Positions 48,102 to 56,748 of a stretch of 64,000 nucleotides of DNA are shown piece by piece. The translations under genes and the position numbers were made by a program. The stretch's first letter is position 1. The number at the start of each line of letters is the position of its first letter. Origin of the DNA: Promethearchaeota archaeon. Lineage in GTDB: Archaea > Asgardarchaeota > Lokiarchaeia > Sigyniarchaeales > SOKP01. The notes below the pieces were generated by a model that did not search any database, was not told where the DNA came from, and was given only the letters and a program-made list of their open reading frames with translations. The stretch covers positions 32,001-96,000 of the forward strand of contig JAUVNS010000010.1 in assembly GCA_030599585.1 (NCBI GenBank). Direction: 5' to 3'.

Positions 48102-48638
48102 TCACTTAAGTAGAAGGTTTTGCTTTACTTCATGTACCATGCTTTGTCCTTCCTTATTGATCTGAGAAATAATTTCTCTTAATATTTCGGTGATTTCTAT
48201 ACCCTTTAATACACTGGAAACATAGAGCATTGAAAGCACTTCTTTAGTTAGAGTTGTAAGATTCTTCATGTCATCAACAGGAATCCTGATACCTAACGCT
48301 TTAAGATCCATTTGAGTTTCTTTTTCTTGTTGTCTTATGGCGATTAAGAAATCATTTTTTCTGCCTTTCCACAATTCAGACACAGTTCTAATAGACATAA
48401 TGTATCTTTTTGTAGGACTTTTTATGCCGTGAATCTCTTTTGCGAAACTTAAAGGTTTAGAGTTTCTTATTGCCTCTAATCCGAAACTCCTATTAAACTT
48501 GTTAGTTTTATCTAATTTATCTTTCATTTTTGAAATTTCGGAACTTAATTGTTCGATTTTTAACGACATTTTTTCAAACTTATCGAGAAATAGTTCCTTA
48601 TCCATTAGAATATCATTACCGCTCATTTCAGAAAGCAC
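48102..48638 (-). CDS. hypothetical protein, coiled coil plus possible PC4-like fold
   Basis: N-terminal heptads; SELWKGRK..LIAIRQ...GIRIPVD pattern. Confidence 0.55.
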   Translation of the reverse strand: MLSEMSGNDILMDKELFLDKFEKMSLKIEQLSSEISKMKDKLDKTNKFNRSFGLEAIRNSKPLSFAKEIHGIKSPTKRYIMSIRTVSELWKGRKNDFLIAIRQQEKETQMDLKALGIRIPVDDMKNLTTLTKEVLSMLYVSSVLKGIEITEILREIISQINKEGQSMVHEVKQNLLLK

Positions 48639-48777
48639 CCAACATTTACATATGATTCGTTTTAATTTAGTGGTTAATAAAATTAGTTATTAAAGGATTA
48701 ATCTTGTTCGAATTAGTAATTTCTAATCGATTAAAACTTAAAAGAAAAGTGAAGATAAGGAGTTAATATCTAAATAT

Positions 48778-50046
48778 TTATGCCGTAGTTTTAAAATTAG
48801 GCTCTTCTTCTTCGTAAGATTTTGTTTTACCATTATCTTGCTCATCTAAGGACTCGAGGGCATGGAGAGGTTCTTTCACTTGTTCTACGAATTCTACTGG
48901 ACTTAATAAATCTTTAACTTCTTGATCAACTTTATCTTTAAACTGCCTTTCATTAAGATTATATTTCTTAATTTCATGAAAACCTAATGTTACTAATATA
49001 AGTAGAAAGAAAATTAAAATACCGATATTTTTACCCAGATTAATACCATCCTCATCTAAAAAATCTATGATATCAATATACGGCAAGCCACTAAATAGCG
49101 TAAATGGATAATTATGAATAAACTCGTAAGCTACCTTTGAAAACACCAACCATATTAGAACTGAGTCAACTCCAATACGCTTAATTCGAATTTTTTTACT
49201 TAAAAGTTCGGCTTGAGAACCCATTAGGGTGCTAATTGAATATATTAATATAAATAAATCTATTAGTAACATTATAATTTGGGTTGGAATTGAAGTATCC
49301 TCTCCACCTGTGCTTCTTAAAGCTAAAAAAATCTTAAGTAGTAAATAAAAAGTATAAATTGCCACTGATAACGAAAACATCCCTAACCAAGCGTTAAAGA
49401 TTCTTTTAAACATGAAGACGATTCCGACGATTATAAAAATAATTACGATAACCCCAATAAAGAGTACAGCATAGTTCAAGGTATCGTAAATAGCCGGAGT
49501 AGATGCTAAACCTATTAGGTTTCCAATATCTTCCGATCCAAATATGTATGCTGCTAATAGAACTATTGAAAGGATAGAACCACCAAAAAATTGAATAAAT
49601 CTGTAAAATGAGCTATGAACTCGCCTTTTAAGACTGTCGTCTAATCTTTTACTTGATAGATAAGCACCATATAAAATGAACCATGATGTAAAGAATATAT
49701 AAGAAAATATTGAGAATAAAAAGATTCCTACCATAATTGGAATTAAGAAAAACATTAATGGAAGAGTTAAAAAGAAAGTTAACATTACTTTCCATGCAGC
49801 AACTTCTTTAATATCCTTTTTAGCTACAAGCGAATATAAAAATGTAAAAACTAAGAATGTTAAAAAGGGGATATATGTAATTATACCGATTAAATCTAAT
49901 AAATTTATATTAACTGAAAAAATATGAACTGAGAATTCAAAAGGGAGTTGAATAATTGTAATATTAACAAGTAGCCAGATTACCAGAATTAAGTATTTAC
50001 GATTTTCTTTTAATCCTAATTTCTTTAAGTTATCTAAAGTATCCAT
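48778..50046 (-). CDS. multipass membrane protein
   Basis: About 10 hydrophobic segments and an acidic C-terminal tail. Confidence 0.75.
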   Translation of the reverse strand: MDTLDNLKKLGLKENRKYLILVIWLLVNITIIQLPFEFSVHIFSVNINLLDLIGIITYIPFLTFLVFTFLYSLVAKKDIKEVAAWKVMLTFFLTLPLMFFLIPIMVGIFLFSIFSYIFFTSWFILYGAYLSSKRLDDSLKRRVHSSFYRFIQFFGGSILSIVLLAAYIFGSEDIGNLIGLASTPAIYDTLNYAVLFIGVIVIIFIIVGIVFMFKRIFNAWLGMFSLSVAIYTFYLLLKIFLALRSTGGEDTSIPTQIIMLLIDLFILIYSISTLMGSQAELLSKKIRIKRIGVDSVLIWLVFSKVAYEFIHNYPFTLFSGLPYIDIIDFLDEDGINLGKNIGILIFFLLILVTLGFHEIKKYNLNERQFKDKVDQEVKDLLSPVEFVEQVKEPLHALESLDEQDNGKTKSYEEEEPNFKTTA

Positions 50047-50192
50047 AAAAAAAAGATGGACTTCGAATATTTAAAATTATATAATCAGTTAGTCTTGAAT
50101 GTTCATTCATTTTGTCAATGGTATTACAAGAGTAATTCAATAAATATTTAAAAGCATACTCTATCTATTATTAAACATTTACAATTTTAAAC

Positions 50193-50885
50193 GTGATGTA
50201 TTTGATATTTCAAACAGAATATTGGCCATATGTATTAGCCTTCTTTACTTGGGTTTCAGAATCTGCGGGAATTTTTGTACTAATATCTGGAATTATTGCT
50301 TTGACGTGGCTTGGTTTCGAAAGGAAACGTAGAGGATCTTTCTTTAAAAGAAAATCTGAAGCGGAAAAAACATCGGTTGTCTCCACGTTATTAAGATTAA
50401 TCTCTTATTCCAGTGTAATTGTTGGAATTCTTAATATTTGGGCAGGAGCTATGGGTCTGATCTTAGATATCCCACCAAGTTTTAAATACGGTGCGATTAC
50501 ACCTCATGCCGATCATTTTACATGTATATTCCTGATTGTTGTTGGAATCGCAATGTTTTTCAAACCAGTCAAGGATTTACCACTCTCTAGTATCCTTGGT
50601 CTTATCGCAGCATCAGCTACTGTTTTTATTTTAGCACTCCTAGTTCCAGATTCAGCAGTGGAATGGATTGCCGGTTGGATTAACCCAAAATTGTTATTAA
50701 TTATAATTTTCATTATAATAACTGCCATAGTTGCAATTGTAGCCAAATTTTTCTTAGGAGTACCCCAAGCAATCTCAAAATTCCTTTCTTGGCCTCCAGT
50801 TGCGTTTTTTATAATGATATTCGGTTTTGTTCAAGGAATTTTACTTTGGGGTTTCGGGATAAGCGTATTCATGAATATACTTTAA
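50193..50885 (+). CDS. multipass membrane protein
   Basis: About 6 hydrophobic segments. Confidence 0.7.
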   Translation: MMYLIFQTEYWPYVLAFFTWVSESAGIFVLISGIIALTWLGFERKRRGSFFKRKSEAEKTSVVSTLLRLISYSSVIVGILNIWAGAMGLILDIPPSFKYGAITPHADHFTCIFLIVVGIAMFFKPVKDLPLSSILGLIAASATVFILALLVPDSAVEWIAGWINPKLLLIIIFIIITAIVAIVAKFFLGVPQAISKFLSWPPVAFFIMIFGFVQGILLWGFGISVFMNIL

Positions 50886-50924
50886 ATCTCTTCTTTTTTT
50901 ATTTTTATTTCTGCAATTGTTACA

Positions 50925-51725
50925 TTATATATAATCTGATAATTTCTTCTGTTGAGTGAAGTCTTTAAAGGGTAGATTTAATCTCTTCTTTAGCAGCTGT
51001 ACAGAGGTAGGGGCATTTCCTTGGAAATGATTGTTAACGATAATAAAAATTTCATGAATATTAGGAAATTCTTTGAGAGCTTTAATCTCATTAACTAAGT
51101 TGGTTAAATTTTCTTTTTGGTCTCTTTGAATTCTATTAAAGACAGTTAACTCGCGATCACCAATTAGGCGAATATAATATGAATTTTGTCTTGCCAGATA
51201 GTACGCTTTAATTCCAGGCATGTATGTTGTCCCCAAGATAACTGTCGAACTTTCTATTACTTTATGTAGCAAATCTTCATTAAACCAGGAATTATCGCGT
51301 AATTCAATAACATACTTATTCTCAATAGGGAGTTCACTTATTAGATATTTTAGTTGGTGGAAGTGCTTTTCATTGTACTTAAACCATGGAGGAAACTGTA
51401 ACAAGTAAGCAAAAATCTTATCTTTTAATGGAGATAGTCGATAAAAAAATTGAGAGATTGAATCCTCTATGTTAGCATCTTTGAATTTATGAGTAATCTC
51501 TTGCCAGACTTTAACTGTAAATTTAAAATCCTCGGGAACTTGGTCACTCCAATTTTGAACTACTGAAAAATTAGGAAGACTGTAGAATGTTGTGTTAATT
51601 TCAATTATATTGAAATATTTCGTATAGAAACCAAGTCTATTGTGTGATTCAAGCGATTTAGGATAAAATGGTCCTATCCAATCTTTATAATCCCATCCTG
51701 CGCATCCAATATATATTCTAGCCAT
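50925..51725 (-). CDS. DUF72 family protein
   Basis: IGCAGWDYKDW, EINTTFY, LLQFPP, ELRDNSW, YIRLIG, NNHFQG. Confidence 0.92.
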   Translation of the reverse strand: MARIYIGCAGWDYKDWIGPFYPKSLESHNRLGFYTKYFNIIEINTTFYSLPNFSVVQNWSDQVPEDFKFTVKVWQEITHKFKDANIEDSISQFFYRLSPLKDKIFAYLLQFPPWFKYNEKHFHQLKYLISELPIENKYVIELRDNSWFNEDLLHKVIESSTVILGTTYMPGIKAYYLARQNSYYIRLIGDRELTVFNRIQRDQKENLTNLVNEIKALKEFPNIHEIFIIVNNHFQGNAPTSVQLLKKRLNLPFKDFTQQKKLSDYI

Positions 51726-51972
51726 CCAGAATCACAATCAGAAATCCATTAAAAATCCTTTTCTCGCTTTTTCAAATAAACCAAAGCTATTTTCAATAAA
51801 ATAAATTAGCATTATAAAAAATTAATGGCTTCGATAATTTAATATAACAGAAGAAGAATTAATTTATATAGCCTAAAACAATGTAGAGAAAATCTATACA
51901 ATATTTGAGAATTTAAGTAGATAATTTTAAACCATTTTATGTTTTACAATTAAGTCAAAAAGGTGAAAAAAA

Positions 51973-52635
51973 ATTAGCATTAATTGGGAACGCGCCGAAT
52001 TGTCGCCTGAAAAATTATTAAAAGTAGAAGGAAGGGTTTTGTTAGATTTACGGGCTAAAATTAACGAATTAGGAAAGGAATTATCTAATGTTCAAGAAAA
52101 TCTTCGAAAAACCAAAGAAACTTTAAAGGAAACTCATCATAAATTAATTGGAAGAGAAAAAAGTCTTGTTAAAATAAGTGAGAAATTCTCATCTGCTAAG
52201 GAGAATTTAGATAGCGTTTCTGAAAATAAATTAAATACCGATATTGAATTAACTCAATTAAAACCAAAACTGGAAGAGCTCAAAATAAAACTTACTGAAG
52301 CAAACGATAATATTAATAAGTTGAAGAGTGAATTAAAATTTACGACAGAAAAAGCAAACGAAATGGAACAAACCCTTAAATTCAAGGAGAAGGCTATAGA
52401 AAACCACAAGGACGATTTAGGAAGAAGAAAAAAAGAGATAGACAAAATAAATGAAGTAGTTAAATTAAATCAAAAAGAATCTGGTGAATTAATAGATAAA
52501 ATCAAATCTCTTGAAGCAAAACTTTCAGAAATAAAAGCTGCACCAAAAGTTATAGAACGAATTAAAGAAATGATTAATCATAAAGGTTTCCTTTCCGATC
52601 GAGAACTTTTTGAAATTTTTAAGGAATTTGAGTGA
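51973..52635 (+). CDS. head/coiled-coil/tail protein, paralog 1 (probable ATT start)
   Basis: SD AGGTGA at 51961; in-frame N-terminus ISINWERAELSPEK aligns with paralog 2; long heptad rod; C-terminal HKGFLSDREL. Confidence 0.75.
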   Translation: MSINWERAELSPEKLLKVEGRVLLDLRAKINELGKELSNVQENLRKTKETLKETHHKLIGREKSLVKISEKFSSAKENLDSVSENKLNTDIELTQLKPKLEELKIKLTEANDNINKLKSELKFTTEKANEMEQTLKFKEKAIENHKDDLGRRKKEIDKINEVVKLNQKESGELIDKIKSLEAKLSEIKAAPKVIERIKEMINHKGFLSDRELFEIFKEFE

Positions 52636-52813
52636 TCTCCAACCTGCAAAATCTTTGAAAAAATGGACTTCAATGGTAAAATTTTAAATAATCTCACATA
52701 AGCAAATATTATACGAGATAATAAATAATTTGAAAAAATTATATATTGTGAAACATAAAAATAATAATACAAACTAATGATATAAAAAGAAAATAAATGA
52801 AGGTGTAAGAAAT

Positions 52814-53524
52814 ATTACGATAGACTGGTCAAAAGCCCAAGAAAGCCCTGAAAAGTCCCAAAAAATAGAGGGACGATTTTTATTAGACCTTAGAGCAAAA
52901 ATTGATGATATAGAGCAGCAATTTAAGCAAAAAGTAGAGAAATTAGACTCCACGTCAAAAGAACTGAGCGAAACTAAAGAAAAGTTAGCGGAGAGTGAAA
53001 AAAAGTTCAGCGAAACTAATCAAAATATGAATTCAACTAAAGCAGAGCTAACATCTGTATCAGAAGAGAAAAACAAAATTAGTACAGAATTAAATTCATT
53101 AAAAAATGACAAATCTGAACTTGAGAAGAAATACAATGAAGCAGAGGAGAAACTGAAGGAATTAGAACCAAAAGTAGGTTCTCTAAAAGAGGAATACGAA
53201 CAAAGAGAAAGGGAGTTAGAAAGTGTTAAGAAAGATCTTCAACAGACAATCTCTGATAAGTACGTCGAGATCGAAACCGTAAAAGACGAGTTAACAGGAC
53301 AATTGGATAATAAAGAAAGCGAACTGATCAAAGCTAAAAACGAAATTGAAGAGAAGAACAAAGAAGTTGAAGCAATTAAACTTAAACTAACTTCTTTAGA
53401 AGATTTTATTGAAGAATCAAAAGGCGCACCTCAAATTATTGAAAAAATTAGAGAAACTATGGCTCATAAAGGTTTTCTTTCCGATAAAGAATTGGAAGAT
53501 ATCTTAACAAGCAACTTGGAATAA
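52814..53524 (+). CDS. head/coiled-coil/tail protein, paralog 2 (probable ATT start; ORF track began at 53027)
   Basis: Open frame ITIDWSKAQESPEKSQKIEGRFLLDLRAKI homologous to paralog 1; SD AGGTG at 52801; C-terminal HKGFLSDKEL. Confidence 0.75.
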   Translation: MTIDWSKAQESPEKSQKIEGRFLLDLRAKIDDIEQQFKQKVEKLDSTSKELSETKEKLAESEKKFSETNQNMNSTKAELTSVSEEKNKISTELNSLKNDKSELEKKYNEAEEKLKELEPKVGSLKEEYEQRERELESVKKDLQQTISDKYVEIETVKDELTGQLDNKESELIKAKNEIEEKNKEVEAIKLKLTSLEDFIEESKGAPQIIEKIRETMAHKGFLSDKELEDILTSNLE

Positions 53525-53575
53525 GAATTTTTACTTCTTTTATTTTTTAATTTCTTTAACTAAAAGGTGATTTAA

Positions 53576-54847
53576 TTGTTATTTCAATCGATACAATTGG
53601 AAGATTTTTACATCTTGTTCATTAAAATCATTGTATCGTTTTTCTGTGGCTTTGTTATAGGAATCGAGCGAACCAGAGTATCAGCTCAATATGGTGCTAG
53701 AGATCATATCTTTTTTTCAATGATTTCGACATCTTTAATAATTTTATATGAGGTATTTTTACCGGTATCTGAAGGATTTATTCTAATAATATTGTTTTTG
53801 GGCGGAATGATCATTTTTTTGTTGATTGGATCAATCTACAGGTTATTCCTGGAAAAAGATCCCGGTTACACAACTACTCTATCGATGATATTGGCGATGA
53901 TTGTTGGTATAATGTGTTATTATAATGAATATCTTGCTATTACCATTTCTGTTATATTTTTGATTATCCTATCCACAAAAAAACAGTTCAATAAAATCAG
54001 AAAATTGAAGGAAATTGAATGGACGGGAACCGTGGAGTTTATTGCAATCGTAGTTTTACTATATATCTTAATTCCAGATAATCTTCAAGTTTTCGGTATT
54101 GTTGTTAAATCAATAATAGTAATATTCATCGTAATTTTAGCTATAAAATATTTTAGCTACTTTATCTTAAGAAGCACAACTGAGAAAAATCTATATTATA
54201 TTTCTTTTTTAGGAGGTTTTGCTCACAGTGAAGCTACAACTATTGAATTAGCTAATGCAGGTGCTTCATCATCGTCAGTGTGGCTTGTAATCCAAACTAT
54301 GTTAATTAGAATGTTAATCGTTTTGATGATCACTCCAACCTTATTATCTTATGCATGGTTTCCTATACTTTCCACAGCGTCTATAGGTTTAATTTTTTCA
54401 TTTTTAATTTTAAAGAAAAAAGAAACTCAATTAACTTTAGATAAAATCAAAAACCCTCTCTCGATTAAAGGTGCTCTAATCTTTTCGGGAACATATTTAA
54501 TTGGATTAATAATTTCGATCGTTTTAAGTTTTTTTGAAATAAATATTCTTACTTATTACATTATCACATTTGCGATCGGGTTTCTTTCTGGTGGTGCGTC
54601 CTCTTTATTTGTAGCAACAGCATTTTATAAATCCTTAGTTAACGAAGGGAATGCTCTATTAATGTTAACTATTGGTTTATCGGCTGCGATAATAAATAAG
54701 ATTTTCTATTCAACTCGAGCTTTAAAGGAAGATAAAAATAAAAAAGGATATGTTATTCATCTCGTTTTTTACATCATTATTACTATTTTTCTGTTAATCA
54801 CGATGACCTTTTTAACAATAATTACATTCAATCTATCAATCTTTTGA
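53576..54847 (+). CDS. MgtC/SapB + DUF4010 membrane protein
   Basis: GFVIGIER, GARD, GYTT, LGGFAHSEATT, KNPLS. Confidence 0.85.
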   Translation: MLFQSIQLEDFYILFIKIIVSFFCGFVIGIERTRVSAQYGARDHIFFSMISTSLIILYEVFLPVSEGFILIILFLGGMIIFLLIGSIYRLFLEKDPGYTTTLSMILAMIVGIMCYYNEYLAITISVIFLIILSTKKQFNKIRKLKEIEWTGTVEFIAIVVLLYILIPDNLQVFGIVVKSIIVIFIVILAIKYFSYFILRSTTEKNLYYISFLGGFAHSEATTIELANAGASSSSVWLVIQTMLIRMLIVLMITPTLLSYAWFPILSTASIGLIFSFLILKKKETQLTLDKIKNPLSIKGALIFSGTYLIGLIISIVLSFFEINILTYYIITFAIGFLSGGASSLFVATAFYKSLVNEGNALLMLTIGLSAAIINKIFYSTRALKEDKNKKGYVIHLVFYIIITIFLLITMTFLTIITFNLSIF

Positions 54848-54877
54848 AGAGAAAGAAAATAGAAAAACGATTAGATA

Positions 54878-55960
54878 ATGGTTAAACTCACCTGGGAAAA
54901 TAAGTCAAATATTTCTGAAAATATTAAAGATTTAAAATTAAGATACATCGATTATTTTGAAACTGTGAACTTGGGTTTAGGAGATTTTCAAGGTAATGAA
55001 TGGAAAAACTTATTATTTTGGGGGGATAACCTCAAAGTACTTCATTATTTAACAAATAATTTCTCTGGAAAGATCGACTTAATTTACATTGACCCTCCCT
55101 TTTTCTCAGGAACGAATTACAAAATCAAAATCGAAGAAAATGGGAATCATTACGATTCTATTGCGTATTTTGATCATTGGAATAAAGATATTGATTCATA
55201 CCTACAGATGCTTCGCGATAGGATTGTTTTATTTAGGGAATTGTTGTCCATAAACGGGCTGCTATTTATCCACCTAGATTGGCACGCAAGCCATTACGTT
55301 CGAGTGTTGTTAGACGAAATTTTTGGTGCAAACCGATTTGTCAACAGTATAGTTTGGTATTACTACAATAAATATTCAGCGGGGAAAAAGAACTTGCCGA
55401 GGGCTCACGATGATATTCTAGTTTATTCTAAATCTGCTAACTATACTTTCAATGAGCTAAGAAGCCTTCGCAAAAAACCGATAAAGCAGTTAAAAAGAGT
55501 AATGGTTGATGGCGTTTTAAAGAATGAAAAAGACGAGAATGGGCATACTATTTATCGGGTTGTAAAAGATAAAAAAATGGATGATGTTTGGAAAATACCA
55601 TGCATGCAACCCGCTTCAAAGGAGTGGACAGGGTTCCCCACACAAAAGCATCACGATTTGCTTGAGAGAATAATTAAAATTGGAAGCAATGAAGGCGATT
55701 TAGTAGCTGATTTTTTTTGCGGTTCAGGAACTACAATATTAACTGCTGATAAATTAAATAGAAGATGGATCGGAAGCGACATATCTGAATACTCAATTTA
55801 TCTAACTCGCAAGAGATTACTTAATTATAGAAAAAATGTAATTGATCAAGTAAAAAAGCTTGAACCTATTGAGATATATACTCATTTGGATGATCAAAAA
55901 AAGAATTTAATATCAACTGGCTTTTTTGAAAAAGATTTGAAAATAAAAAGAAAAAAATAG
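54878..55960 (+). CDS. beta-class N4/N6 DNA methyltransferase (type III Mod-like)
   Basis: GDNL, IYIDPPF, FPTQK, DFFCGSGTT. Confidence 0.92.
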   Translation: MVKLTWENKSNISENIKDLKLRYIDYFETVNLGLGDFQGNEWKNLLFWGDNLKVLHYLTNNFSGKIDLIYIDPPFFSGTNYKIKIEENGNHYDSIAYFDHWNKDIDSYLQMLRDRIVLFRELLSINGLLFIHLDWHASHYVRVLLDEIFGANRFVNSIVWYYYNKYSAGKKNLPRAHDDILVYSKSANYTFNELRSLRKKPIKQLKRVMVDGVLKNEKDENGHTIYRVVKDKKMDDVWKIPCMQPASKEWTGFPTQKHHDLLERIIKIGSNEGDLVADFFCGSGTTILTADKLNRRWIGSDISEYSIYLTRKRLLNYRKNVIDQVKKLEPIEIYTHLDDQKKNLISTGFFEKDLKIKRKK

Positions 55961-56133
55961 CGTTCTTTATATCTTCACTTTGGATATATTATATTCCACC
56001 CAAGATAATTAGAAAGAGTTTCGGATATGACATTCTTGTCGCAATTTTTTCTATAAATAATTTTTTTGAAAAAACATTTTTTGTTTAAATATAAATGTTC
56101 TAATTAGTTAGTAAAAGGTTAAAATAACAAATT

Positions 56134-56748
56134 ATGACGGACTATATTGAAGATCCCTATATTGGATCAGAATATGAGGATATATTTAACGATTGGTATG
56201 AAATTGAGGGCGCAAGAAAAATACAGCAGCTTTCACGACAACTCCGAACTTTTTTCAATTATAAGACTGAAGTTATAAGATATCGATTTCGACCCAATCC
56301 AAGTCTTGCCAAAAAAGATATAACTACTATATTATATCCCCAAAAACAAGAAATTGAATCATTAACTCGTGATTTCATAAGCTTGTTAAGAAAAATTAAG
56401 AAAAATGGACTATCACTTGAGCAAGGGATTCAATCTTTATTTTTTGACAGTTGTAAATCTCCTTTGAATATACTCTCAGAAATTACTAAGAAGCTATCCA
56501 TGTTACTTCATTATTTTTCAGAAGTAAATCTTCATAATCATCCAAGATTTCTCAAATTTATAGTCGTATTAGCACAAAACATATTTTTGGTAAAAAAGTG
56601 CTTGAATGCACAATTTAGTGATTTTTATGGGGAACTTGAAATAAATTATAATGGTTTAGAAGGGGAACTAGAGTTATTATTAGAAAACACACCAAGTGTG
56701 AAGATTAAAATACCAAAAAAACAACTTGAGGAGAGAATAACTTCATGA
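56134..56748 (+). CDS. hypothetical protein, coupled to the next gene
   Basis: 204-aa ORF; ATGA overlap at 56745-56748. Confidence 0.65.
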   Translation: MTDYIEDPYIGSEYEDIFNDWYEIEGARKIQQLSRQLRTFFNYKTEVIRYRFRPNPSLAKKDITTILYPQKQEIESLTRDFISLLRKIKKNGLSLEQGIQSLFFDSCKSPLNILSEITKKLSMLLHYFSEVNLHNHPRFLKFIVVLAQNIFLVKKCLNAQFSDFYGELEINYNGLEGELELLLENTPSVKIKIPKKQLEERITS

